A stretch of 64,000 nucleotides of DNA from Capsulimonadaceae bacterium (GTDB taxonomy: Bacteria > Armatimonadota > Armatimonadia > Armatimonadales > Capsulimonadaceae). The translations under genes were made by a program, and so were the position numbers. Each line of letters starts with the position of its first letter. Position 1 is the first letter of the stretch. Positions 39,690 through 49,093 of this stretch are shown in pieces. The stretch covers positions 4,256,001-4,320,000 of the forward strand of contig OZ244065.1 in assembly GCA_965215505.1 (NCBI GenBank). Direction: 5' to 3'. The notes beneath the pieces are model-generated. The model was not told the DNA's origin and did no database searches. It was given only the letters and a program-made list of their open reading frames with translations.

Positions 39690-41669
39690 ATGACACAGAT
39701 TTCGGGCGACATTCTCCAATCCTGGGACGAAGCCTCGCGGCGCGAGTGGCTCGTCACCAACGGCATCGGCGGCTACGCGATGGGCAGCCTCGCCGGGGCC
39801 AACACGCGCCGCTATCACGGCCTGCTCGTTCCCGCCTTCTCGCCGCCGCTCGGCCGCGCCGTCCTGCTTTCCAAGGTGGAAGAGGAGGTGCGGGTCGAGG
39901 ACCAGCTTTATCAGCTCGCGGCCAATAAATACCCCAGCGTCGTCCAGCCCCAGGGCTTCCGGCATCTGACCTACTTCGGGACGCGCCCCGTCCCGACCTT
40001 CACCTTCATCTTCCACGAAGAAACCGTCGTGCTGGAAAAGCGCGTCTGGATGGCGCACGGCCGGAACACCGTCTACGTCCAGTACACCTTGGTGAAGGCC
40101 CCCGAACCCGTCCGGCTGGGATTGGTGCCCCTCCTGGCCTACAAGGATTACCACACGGAGCAGCATCGGTGGGACGGCTTCACCTGCGACCTGACCTTCG
40201 AGCCGGACGGCCGGCTCCAGTGCGTCGCCTTCCCGACGGCCAACCCGCTCTTCCTCCAGGTGAAGCCGCCTTTCGCCTTTGATGACCACAAGGGCTGGTT
40301 CTATAACTTCGAACACCCGCGCGAGCAGGAGCGCGGGCTGGACTTCACCGAGGACCTGTACTGCCCCGGCCGCTTTGGCGGCGTCCTCGCGCCGGGCGAA
40401 ACCGTCACGCTGACCGCGACCGTCGAGGCCGAGCCGCCCGACGCGCCGGAGGAGGCATTGGCCGCCGAGATCGCCCGCCAGAAGGGGCTTCTGGCCCAGG
40501 CCGGTGTCCCGCCTGGCGACGACGCCCGCGAGGCGCTGACCCTGGCCGCCGACCAGTTCCTCATCGAGAAATCCCCCCGCGTCGCCCGCTCGACGGTCAT
40601 GGCCGGATACCCCTGGTTCACCGACTGGGGCCGGGACACCATGATCGCACTGCCCGGCCTGTGCCTGACCACGGGGCGGCACGGCGTCGCCCGCGAGATA
40701 CTGACCTCGTTCGCGGGCGCGGTCCAGAACGGCCTCCTGCCCAACCGCTTCTCGGACGGCGGGGGGGGGGCCGAGTACAACACCGTGGATGCCAGCCTGT
40801 GGTTCTTCCACGCCGTCCATGCCTACGCGCAGGCGTCGGGGGATTGGGAGTTCGCGCAGAGCGAGATGCTGCCCGTCCTGCACACCATCCTGGATGCCCA
40901 CATCAAGGGCACCGACTACGACATCGGCGTGGACCCCGCCGACGGCCTGCTCCACGCCGGCCATCCGGGCGTACAACTCACCTGGATGGACGCCAAGGTC
41001 GGCGACTGGGTGGTGACGCCGCGCACCGGCAAGCCGGTCGAGATCAACGCGCTCTGGCACAACGCCCTTTGTGTGACAGCGGACCTCGCCGAGCGCGCCG
41101 GGCAGGCGGACCTCGCTGCCGACTGCGCCAAGCGCGCCGCCCAGGCCAAGGCATCGTTCGCCGACGCCTTCTGGAACCCCGCCACGCACTCCCTGTTCGA
41201 CGTCATCGGCCCGGACGGTCGGCCCGACGCCTCGCTCCGGCCCAACCAGATCTTCGCCGTCAGCCTGCCCTTCCCGGTGGTCGCGGGCGACCAGGCCAAG
41301 ACCGTCGTGGACGCCGTCGCCGAGTCCCTGCTGACCCCGTTCGGCCTGCGGACACTCGCCCCCGGCTCGCCCGATTACCACGCGCAGTACGCGCCGGGCG
41401 ACCCGGCCGCCCGCGACGGGGCCTACCACCAGGGCACCGTCTGGCCCTGGCTGCTCGGGGCCTTCTGCGACGCCCACCTGAAAGTCTACGGCGACAAGCC
41501 GAAGGCCCGCGCCCTCCTGAGCGCCCTCCTGGGGCCGGGCCTGTCCCAGTACGGCGTCGGCAGCCTCTCCGAGATCGCCGACGGCGACGCCCCCCACGCG
41601 CCCAACGGCTGCCCCGCCCAGGCCTGGAGCGTCGCCGAGGTCCTGCGGGCGTATGTGATGCTGGCGTAA
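39690..41669 (+). CDS. Amylo-alpha-1,6-glucosidase (glycogen debranching enzyme)
   Basis: EWLVTNGIGGY, RRYHGLL, AGYPWFTDWGRDT, LTWMDAK, YHQGTVWPW, QAWSVAE. Confidence 0.93.
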   Translation: MTQISGDILQSWDEASRREWLVTNGIGGYAMGSLAGANTRRYHGLLVPAFSPPLGRAVLLSKVEEEVRVEDQLYQLAANKYPSVVQPQGFRHLTYFGTRPVPTFTFIFHEETVVLEKRVWMAHGRNTVYVQYTLVKAPEPVRLGLVPLLAYKDYHTEQHRWDGFTCDLTFEPDGRLQCVAFPTANPLFLQVKPPFAFDDHKGWFYNFEHPREQERGLDFTEDLYCPGRFGGVLAPGETVTLTATVEAEPPDAPEEALAAEIARQKGLLAQAGVPPGDDAREALTLAADQFLIEKSPRVARSTVMAGYPWFTDWGRDTMIALPGLCLTTGRHGVAREILTSFAGAVQNGLLPNRFSDGGGGAEYNTVDASLWFFHAVHAYAQASGDWEFAQSEMLPVLHTILDAHIKGTDYDIGVDPADGLLHAGHPGVQLTWMDAKVGDWVVTPRTGKPVEINALWHNALCVTADLAERAGQADLAADCAKRAAQAKASFADAFWNPATHSLFDVIGPDGRPDASLRPNQIFAVSLPFPVVAGDQAKTVVDAVAESLLTPFGLRTLAPGSPDYHAQYAPGDPAARDGAYHQGTVWPWLLGAFCDAHLKVYGDKPKARALLSALLGPGLSQYGVGSLSEIADGDAPHAPNGCPAQAWSVAEVLRAYVMLA

Positions 41670-41782
41670 ACAAAAAAGTGCCCCGCCACTTGCGCGGCGG
41701 GGCGAACTAGAGAAACACGATGACAGAAGCAACTCTGCACTCCTAGTTTCGGCGTCCGGGGGCCGCTCCCGTACCGTCATCT

Positions 41783-42331
41783 TTACGGGGTTTTCGCGGT
41801 GACCGCCGCCACGGCCTCGGCGGGCGTCTCCACCAGCGTCAGATACTCCAGATGCCTCGGCTCGACGGCCAGTGTCGCCGCGCAGGCATCTAGCCACGGC
41901 CCCCAGGTGTCCCGCCCGACCAGGACGAGCGGGCGCGGCGAGAGGATGTTCGTCGTCAGCTTGTTCCAGACCAGGGCCAGCTCCACCACCGTCCCGATGC
42001 CGCCGCGCAGGACAATGAACCCCGCCGAGTCTACAATCAGTGCCTGTAACCGCTGGTAGAAGTCCTGCGTTGGGCGCGTCTCCGTCAGATAGTCATTGAC
42101 GCGCGAGGTGAGCTGCGCCATCGTGACGCCGACCACCGACCCGCCCGCCTCGAACGCACCTTGTGAGGCCGTTGCCATCGTCCCCTGGTAGCCGCCGGTG
42201 CAGACGACGTACCCCGCCCCGGCCAGTAGCCGCCCGACCTCGTGCGCTTCCTCATATTCCCGGTCGCCGGGCCGGCACTGCGACCCGCCGAAGACCGAGA
42301 TCATTTTTCCGTCTGATTTTGCCTGTGTCAT
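41783..42331 (-). CDS. LOG-family (nucleotide phosphoribohydrolase-like) protein
   Basis: SVFGGS, TGGYQGTM, GGIGTVVEL. Confidence 0.85.
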   Translation of the reverse strand: MTQAKSDGKMISVFGGSQCRPGDREYEEAHEVGRLLAGAGYVVCTGGYQGTMATASQGAFEAGGSVVGVTMAQLTSRVNDYLTETRPTQDFYQRLQALIVDSAGFIVLRGGIGTVVELALVWNKLTTNILSPRPLVLVGRDTWGPWLDACAATLAVEPRHLEYLTLVETPAEAVAAVTAKTP

Positions 42332-42409
42332 GTCCCGAGTCTACCCGCTTTGACTCCGTGCGCCGGCTGCGGGTATCATAGCCGCACGTTCACCCCCAAA
42401 GGATTTCTC

Positions 42410-44323
42410 ATGCCCGCCCCCAATGACACCATCGTTCCCGGCGACAATCTGACCGTGGAAGGCGTCCCGCCGATCCCCAAGTCGCTCGCCGACGGCCTGC
42501 GCCGCTACACCGAGTTCCGCGCCGCCGCCTTCGCGGACTGGCACCCGGCCCGGCGCGAGATGCTGATCCGCACCCGCTTCGCCGACACGTTGCAGGTGCA
42601 TCAGGTCCTTTTCCCCGGCGGCGACCGGCGGCAGATGACCTTCTTCCCGGACACGGTCGGCGCGGCCTCTTATCAGCCGACGACCGGCGACTGCTTCGTC
42701 TTCAGCAAGGACACCGGCGGCGACGAGTTCTCGCAGAACTACCGCTATGACTTCGAAGACGGCGGCATCACGCGGCTGACCGACGGAGCCTCCAAGAACA
42801 GCCACGGCGTCTGGTGGCCCCGTAATGACACCATGGCCTACACCTCCACCCGGCGCACGGGCCGCGACACGGACCTGTACACCGTCCGCCCCGCCGACCC
42901 CGCGAGCGACCGGATGGTGGCCGCGCTGGAAGGCGGCGGCTGGTTCCCCCTGGACTGGTCCCCGACCGACGAGGCCGGGCTGATCCTGGTCGCCGAGTAC
43001 GTCTCGGTCAACGAGAGCTACCTGTGGCTGATGAGCGCCGAGACGGGCGAGAAGACCCTGCTGACGCCTAAAGGCGGCCCGAAGACGGCCTACGCGAACG
43101 CGAGGTTCGCCGCCGACGGCAAAAGCCTGTACGTCTTGACCGACAAGGACTCGGAGTTCCAGCGCCTGGCCTCGCTCGACATCGCAACCGGCGAATTGGC
43201 AGTTCTGACGCCCGACCTGGGCTGGGGCGTGGAGGCCATGGACGTCTGCGCGGACGGCAGCCGGATCGCCCTCGTCACCAACGAGGACGGCGTCAGCGTC
43301 CTGCGCCTGCTGGACACCCGGACGGGTGGATTGACCGTCCCGCCCGGCATCCCGGTCGGCGTCATCGGCGGCCTGCGCTGGCACCCGAACGGCCAGGACC
43401 TGGCCCTCGCCCTGCTGTCCGCCCGGTCGCCGTCCGACGTCTACTCCCTGAACGCCGATACCGGTGTACTGGACCGCTGGACCCGGAGCGAAACCGGTGG
43501 CCTGAACACGGACCGCTTCTCGGAGCCGGAACTTGTCCGCTGGCCTTCCTTCGACGGCCGCTCCATTTCGGGCTTCCTCTACCGGCCCGCCGCGAAGTTC
43601 ACGGGGAAGCGCCCCGTCAACATCGTCATCCACGGCGGACCCGAGGGGCAGGCGCGGCCCGGCTTCCTGGGCCAGAGCAACTACCACCTGAACGAGCTGG
43701 GCGTCGCCCTCCTGTACCCCAACGTGCGCGGGTCGGACGGCTACGGCAAGACGTTCCTGGACCTGGACAACGGCTTCCTGCGCGAAGGCTCCTACCAGGA
43801 CATCGGCGCATTGCTGGACTGGATCGCGACCCAGCCGGACCTTGACGCCGACCGAGTCATGGTCAGCGGTGGGTCTTACGGCGGCCACATGACGCTGGCC
43901 GTCTCGTACCTCTACAGCGACCGCATCGCCTGCTCCCTCGACATCGTCGGCATGTCCAGCCTGGTTACGTTCCTGGAGAACACGGAAGGCTACCGCCGCG
44001 ACCTGCGGCGCGTGGAATACGGCGACGAGCGCGACCCCGAGATGCGCGCCTTCCTGGAGCGCATCGCGCCCATCGCCCATGTGGAGGACATCCGCAAGCC
44101 GCTCTTCATCGTCCAGGGCAAGAACGACCCGCGTGTCCCCGCCTCCGAAGCCTTGCAGATGGCCGAGACCCTGCGCGGCAACGCCGTCCCCGTCTGGTTC
44201 CTGATGGCCGACGACGAGGGCCACGGGTTCGTCAAGAAGAAAAACGTCGAGTTCCAGTTCTACGCCACCATCCAGTTCATGCAGGCCTATTTGCTGGGTG
44301 GCGATGTGGGTACATCAGAATAA
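42410..44323 (+). CDS. S9 prolyl oligopeptidase / acylaminoacyl peptidase
   Basis: IHGGPE, GGSYGG, QGKNDPRV, DEGHGF. Confidence 0.92.
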   Translation: MPAPNDTIVPGDNLTVEGVPPIPKSLADGLRRYTEFRAAAFADWHPARREMLIRTRFADTLQVHQVLFPGGDRRQMTFFPDTVGAASYQPTTGDCFVFSKDTGGDEFSQNYRYDFEDGGITRLTDGASKNSHGVWWPRNDTMAYTSTRRTGRDTDLYTVRPADPASDRMVAALEGGGWFPLDWSPTDEAGLILVAEYVSVNESYLWLMSAETGEKTLLTPKGGPKTAYANARFAADGKSLYVLTDKDSEFQRLASLDIATGELAVLTPDLGWGVEAMDVCADGSRIALVTNEDGVSVLRLLDTRTGGLTVPPGIPVGVIGGLRWHPNGQDLALALLSARSPSDVYSLNADTGVLDRWTRSETGGLNTDRFSEPELVRWPSFDGRSISGFLYRPAAKFTGKRPVNIVIHGGPEGQARPGFLGQSNYHLNELGVALLYPNVRGSDGYGKTFLDLDNGFLREGSYQDIGALLDWIATQPDLDADRVMVSGGSYGGHMTLAVSYLYSDRIACSLDIVGMSSLVTFLENTEGYRRDLRRVEYGDERDPEMRAFLERIAPIAHVEDIRKPLFIVQGKNDPRVPASEALQMAETLRGNAVPVWFLMADDEGHGFVKKKNVEFQFYATIQFMQAYLLGGDVGTSE

Positions 44324-44335
44324 GGGAATACGACT

Positions 44336-44536
44336 ATGGCAAAATACACCTTAGACCTCGGCACGGAGTTCGAGCAGCAACTTAACCAGGTCGCCAAAGA
44401 CAAGTCGCTGCCGAAGGCGGAGATCATCCGCCGGGCGGTGGCGACCTACATTGTCATCAGCCGCGAGGCTGGTCAAGGCGGCAAAGTGACTATCGCGGAC
44501 AGGCAAGGCCACATCCTGAAACAACTCGCGGTGTGA
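44336..44536 (+). CDS. Ribbon-helix-helix (CopG-like) small protein
   Basis: YTLDL...LNQVA...KAEIIRRAV pattern; SD upstream. Confidence 0.7.
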   Translation: MAKYTLDLGTEFEQQLNQVAKDKSLPKAEIIRRAVATYIVISREAGQGGKVTIADRQGHILKQLAV

Positions 44537-44590
44537 AATAAAGGCCCGGCCCTGAAGGCCGGGCTTGACTGCTGGCGGTAAGGAACTACG

Positions 44591-45106
44591 ATGAAGCAGT
44601 TTTGGCAGATGAAGCAGTTTTGGCAGATGATGCTGTCTTTTACTATCCAAGAGCTAGTGCCCATTACAATCCTTGGCCTTCTCCCGTCAACTTTATTATG
44701 GTGCTACTGTCCTGCGCCGGGCAGGATTGTTTTCGTGGTTGAGACGGGCGCTGTCTTGCTGAATGCCTTCTCCTTTGTCGTCATTGGGCGTTTTCTACGG
44801 CGGCAGTGGACCGAGGCATCGCCTTATGTTTACAAGAGCGGCTTCAGCCTGTTGGCAAAGCGATCCTATTCTGGGATAGAAGAAACGGACAGTACGGCCT
44901 TCTCTAAACTATTAGATGCCGTTCGTCACCGCGAAGCGATGGCACCGCTGCGGCCCTGGCTGCTCACCAACGACATCACTTGGTATGTCCTGCTGGCCGC
45001 CTACATGTTTATGCTCATCCCAATGGTGATTGTGGTACTTGTGATGAAAGCCATCTCGCGATTGATGAACAGAACACTCAAAATGCACGGGGCGCATGGC
45101 CGATAA
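44591..45106 (+). CDS. Hypothetical membrane protein (low GC)
   Basis: SD AAGGA, three hydrophobic segments, overlaps the MFS start; begins with an 18-bp duplication. Confidence 0.5.
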   Translation: MKQFWQMKQFWQMMLSFTIQELVPITILGLLPSTLLWCYCPAPGRIVFVVETGAVLLNAFSFVVIGRFLRRQWTEASPYVYKSGFSLLAKRSYSGIEETDSTAFSKLLDAVRHREAMAPLRPWLLTNDITWYVLLAAYMFMLIPMVIVVLVMKAISRLMNRTLKMHGAHGR

Positions 45107-46409
45107 CGTACTACAGCCGGGCCACGCCGACGCGCCCCTCTATACGCGCTTCCCCGCCCTGCGCTCCCGCAACTACCGCTTGCTCTGGCTGGGGCAGGGC
45201 GTCTCCGGCGTCGGCTCCACGATGCAGGTGTGGGCGATCAACTGGCAGCTCTACGCCCTGACCCACCACGCGCTGGCACTCGGCCTGATCGGGCTGTTCC
45301 GGGTCGTGCCCATCATCCTGTTCTCGCTCATCGGCGGGACGGTCGCGGACGCCTGGGACCGGCGGAAGGTGATGCTGGCGACGCAGACGACATTGGCCCT
45401 GGTCGCGGCGGCCCTGGGACTGCTGACCGTGACGCACCAGATGACGGCGGCCCACATCTATCTGCTGACCGTCATCGGGGCGGCGGCGATGGCCTTCGAC
45501 AACCCTGCCCGGCAGGCCCTCATCCCCAGCCTCGTGCCGCGCGCGGACTTCGCCAGTGCCATCGCCCTGAACTCCATCGTCTTCCGCACGGCGACCATCG
45601 CCGGCCCGATGGCGGCGGGCCTGCTGATCGCGCGGGGCGGGCTGGGGGACACCTACTGGATCAACGCCGCCTCGTTCCTGGCCGTCATCGCCGCCCTGCT
45701 GCTGATGCGGATGCCGGCGGGGGCGTCCCCGACCGAGGCGGACGCCGGGCCGGAGCCGGAGAAGGCGCGGGTGAGTGTGGAGGCGCTGACGGAGGGCCTG
45801 CGCTTCGTCTGGCAGACGCCGATCCTGGTCTGGACGCTCTCGCTGGACTTCCTGGCGACCTTCTTCTCCTCGGCGAACGCCCTGATGCCCATCTTCGCGC
45901 GGGACATCCTGCACGCCGGGGCGCGGGGCTATGGCGTCCTTGCGGCCGCCGAGGCCGTCGGCGCACTAGGGGCCGGCCTCGTGCTGTCCCTGGGCCGGCC
46001 CATCGTGCGTCAGGGGAAGGTCGTGCTATGGGCGGTCGTCGCCTACGGGCTGGCGACAGTCGTGTTCGGTGCCTCGCGCCTGTTCTGGCTGTCCTGGCTC
46101 GCGCTGGCCGCCGTGGGCGTGGCGGACTCGGTCAGCACGGTCCTGCGGCAGACGATCCGGCAGCTCGTCACGCCGGACCGTCTGCGCGGGCGCATGACGT
46201 CAGTGAACATGATCTTCTTCATGGGCGGGCCGCAGCTCGGCGAGCTGGAGGCGGGCCTGGCGGCCACCTGGCTGGGTTCCCCGTGGTCGGTCATCGTCGG
46301 CGGCCTGGGCTGCCTGCTGACGGTTGCCTTGGTGGCGGCCCGCGCCCCGCTGCTCCGGGGCTACCGAGCGCCGGGGGCCGAACACAAAGAAGCGGGACAG
46401 GCCCCGTAG
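45096..46409 (+). CDS. MFS transporter (EntS/DHA3-like)
   Basis: 12 TM pattern, GTVADAWDRRKV, LRGRMTSV. Confidence 0.92.
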   Translation: MADNVLQPGHADAPLYTRFPALRSRNYRLLWLGQGVSGVGSTMQVWAINWQLYALTHHALALGLIGLFRVVPIILFSLIGGTVADAWDRRKVMLATQTTLALVAAALGLLTVTHQMTAAHIYLLTVIGAAAMAFDNPARQALIPSLVPRADFASAIALNSIVFRTATIAGPMAAGLLIARGGLGDTYWINAASFLAVIAALLLMRMPAGASPTEADAGPEPEKARVSVEALTEGLRFVWQTPILVWTLSLDFLATFFSSANALMPIFARDILHAGARGYGVLAAAEAVGALGAGLVLSLGRPIVRQGKVVLWAVVAYGLATVVFGASRLFWLSWLALAAVGVADSVSTVLRQTIRQLVTPDRLRGRMTSVNMIFFMGGPQLGELEAGLAATWLGSPWSVIVGGLGCLLTVALVAARAPLLRGYRAPGAEHKEAGQAP

Positions 46410-46444
46410 GACCTGCCCCGCTTTTTTACAAGCTAGACTGCGAA

Positions 46445-46813
46445 CTAGTACCGGCTGCTGCCGCCACCGCCGTAGCCACCGCCGCCGCTGCTGCGGCCAC
46501 CACCGCCGCCGCCGTAGCCGCCGCCACCACCGCTGCCGCCGCGGCTGCCGCCGCCACCGCCGCCCTCACGCGGGCGGGACTCGTTGACGACCAGGGCGCG
46601 CCCGTCCACGTTGCGGCCGTTGATGGCCGCGATGGCCTGCTGGGCCTCGTCTTCGCTCGCCATCTCGACGAAGCCGAAGCCGCGGGCCTGGCCGGTGTAG
46701 CGGTCGGTGACCACCTGGGCGCTGGAGACGTTGCCGGCCTCGGAGAACAGGTCATGGAGCTGCTGGTCGGTGGTCTGATAGCTCAGGTTGCCGACGTAAA
46801 GTTTGGTTGCCAT
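46445..46813 (-). CDS. RRM RNA-binding protein with Gly-rich tail
   Basis: RNP2 KLYVGNL, RNP1 RGFGFVEM, GGGGYGG tail. Confidence 0.95.
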   Translation of the reverse strand: MATKLYVGNLSYQTTDQQLHDLFSEAGNVSSAQVVTDRYTGQARGFGFVEMASEDEAQQAIAAINGRNVDGRALVVNESRPREGGGGGGSRGGSGGGGGYGGGGGGRSSGGGGYGGGGSSRY

Positions 46814-47051
46814 CAGTGAATGGCTCCTTTCAGGTGCGAGATTCCCCGCGCGGTGCATGAGGCCATCACTGAAGAAATCGAGGAACACGTCGGAATGGAG
46901 CCGAAGGAGCCGAGGAGATCGCAGAGGAAGGCATCAGACTGATGCGTCAAAGGAAGGTTGCCGGGGGAGACCCGGTTTCAGGAGTATTATACCACGAGAA
47001 TGGGATTTCTTGTCACACGCGGAATAAATTATTGCCTAGGAACAAGCCTGA

Positions 47052-47261
47052 CCCGGCCTGAAGGCCGGGCCTACTCGGATGGGCCGCCCGTTTCGGGGCT
47101 TCGGGAAGATGGTAGAGGCGTACCCCTGTGTGCGCCCTCTTTCGATGGGCGCGAGCAGGAGGGGAGGGCGCGGCAAGCAGCGCCCCTACGATGTCCGGAG
47201 GGTGTTGTCCGTAGCCCCGAAGAGGCGGCCCATCCGAGTAGACCGGCGGTTTAACGCCGGG
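47052..47261. repeat. Composite REP/REPIN-like element
   Basis: CTACTCGGATGGGCCGCC (47071) / GGCGGCCCATCCGAGTAG (47224) inverted repeats enclose a GTAG-REP pair; inverted relative at 60144-60416. Confidence 0.7.
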
Positions 47262-47267
47262 CCATCC

Positions 47268-48845
47268 CTACCGACGCCGCCGCAGGTACGAGGCGGAGAT
47301 CCGCATCTCCTCGCGGTACTTGACGACGGTCCGGCGGGCGACGGTGAAGCCGCGCTCCTGGAGGGCGTCCACGATGGCCTGATCGTTCAGGGGCAGGCCC
47401 GGCTCTTCCTCGGAGACGAGGGCGGCGATGATGCCCTTCAGGGTGACGGCGTTCTCGAAGAAGATGTCGAAGGAGACGACGTCCTGAGAGGGGAGCTGGA
47501 CGTATTTGTAGAGCAGGGCGCGGCTGACCGTGGACTCGTGCATGCCCACCATCTTCGCCAGCTGTGTGCGGGTCAAGGGGCGCAGGAAGGCGCGCTGGCC
47601 GGTCTCCAAAAAGCCCTGCTGGCACTCGATCACGGCCATCGTGATCTTCTGGATCGTGCGCCGACGCTGCTGCAAGTTCTTCAGGAACATGGTCGCCCGC
47701 TCGACGTAGGCGATGACGTGCTTCTGGTGGTCGGCGGACAGTCGCACCGACCCATCGCGCGCCGGCTCGCCGCTGTGGCGGCTGGCCCGGATGGCGTCAT
47801 ACAGGCCCCGGTAGTAGGGGTTGATCTGCAACGTCGTGTTGTCGAAGCCCAGCACCTCGACCGTGAAGCCGGTGACACCGCGCTTGATAATGACGTCCGG
47901 GCGGATGCCCCGGCTCTGACCGTTCTGGTGGTCCCAGGGCATGCGGAAGCCGGCCGCCGGGTTCGGCTTGAGTTTCTTGGTGATGAACTCCGAGGCGGCC
48001 TCGACCCGTTTGACGGGGAGGTTCATCTTGCGGGCGAGGGCCGCGAACCGGCGCTGGACGAAGGCATCCCAGTGGTGTGTGAGCAAGGCCAGGGCGACCG
48101 GGTCGAACGAGCGGTCGTCGCCCTCCTCGCGCAGATGGCGCATCTGGAGCAGGAGGCACTCGCGCAGGTCGCGCGCGCCGACACCCGGCGGGTCGCAGGC
48201 CTGGAGCCGCTCGATGCCCTGCGTGATCTGGCTGCACGGGACACGCAGCACGGCGCACGCCTCGTCCACGTTGACCTGGAGCCAGCCGCGCTCATTCAGG
48301 CTGTCCACCAGGTACTCGGCGATCCGGATCTCTTCGGGCGTCCGCGAGGTGGCGCGCAGGTGCATCAGGAGCTGCTCCGCCAGCGAGGTCTGCGTGCGGG
48401 CAAGCATCAGCGGGTCGAACTCGCCCTCGCCCTCGTCCGCGCCCGGCCCGAACTCGTTCTCGGCCCGCGCGGCCAGCCGCTCGTCCTCCGCCGTCTCCTC
48501 GCCCCGCGCGGCCAGCACGGCCAGGCTCTCGGCAAGCGAGGGAGTTGACTCGTCTTCCCGGCCCCGCTCGGAGAGGCTCGCGTCGGAGAGCGGGTGCGAG
48601 TCGCGGCTGAACGGGCAGTGCGCGCAGGACCCGATCCGGCTGCCCGGACACAGGCGGCAGCCGCCCTCGCCCGCCTCCGGGCCGTCGCTCAAGAGTTCCA
48701 GAGCGGGGTTCTCCTGCTGCTCCTGCTCGATGGCCTGCTGTAGTTCCATGGTGGAACATTGGAGCAAGCTGTTGGCCTGAATCAGATGGGGCGCAAGCTT
48801 CTGCACCTGGGCCTGACGCTGTATGTTCTCCTGACGTAACTGCAC
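47268..48845 (-). CDS. rpoN: RNA polymerase sigma-54 factor
   Basis: Gln-rich region I, ENPALE, DPPGVGARDLRECLLLQ, MHESTVSRA, RpoN box ARRTVVKYRE; GTG start inferred. Confidence 0.93.
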   Translation of the reverse strand: MQLRQENIQRQAQVQKLAPHLIQANSLLQCSTMELQQAIEQEQQENPALELLSDGPEAGEGGCRLCPGSRIGSCAHCPFSRDSHPLSDASLSERGREDESTPSLAESLAVLAARGEETAEDERLAARAENEFGPGADEGEGEFDPLMLARTQTSLAEQLLMHLRATSRTPEEIRIAEYLVDSLNERGWLQVNVDEACAVLRVPCSQITQGIERLQACDPPGVGARDLRECLLLQMRHLREEGDDRSFDPVALALLTHHWDAFVQRRFAALARKMNLPVKRVEAASEFITKKLKPNPAAGFRMPWDHQNGQSRGIRPDVIIKRGVTGFTVEVLGFDNTTLQINPYYRGLYDAIRASRHSGEPARDGSVRLSADHQKHVIAYVERATMFLKNLQQRRRTIQKITMAVIECQQGFLETGQRAFLRPLTRTQLAKMVGMHESTVSRALLYKYVQLPSQDVVSFDIFFENAVTLKGIIAALVSEEEPGLPLNDQAIVDALQERGFTVARRTVVKYREEMRISASYLRRRR

Positions 48846-49093
48846 GATCCGGGTTGCCTCTCGCGGTCTTGTGGCTCGACAGAGTCGCCGCTCTTCTGCC
48901 TCCATTGTCGGCAGAACGGCGGTGCGCGTGTAGGGGCGCGATGCGCCGCGCCCTTCAGGATTCGTCGCTCTGACGAATCCCCCCGCCGGAATGTTCCCGC
49001 AGGCCAGAGGATTCTTTCGTGAGTGTCTTTTACCCGAACGCGCGGCCCAGGTCTGTGACCGGCAGCACACTCGATCAGCCACAACAGTTTCGT

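Noticed and set aside
40761-40770. G10 homopolymer in the debranching enzyme as a phase-variation tract
   Set aside because: It is in frame, encodes a Gly-rich loop in a metabolic gene, and nothing else supports switching.
46450-46565. GCC-rich repeat tract
   Set aside because: Simply encodes the Gly-rich tail of the RRM protein.
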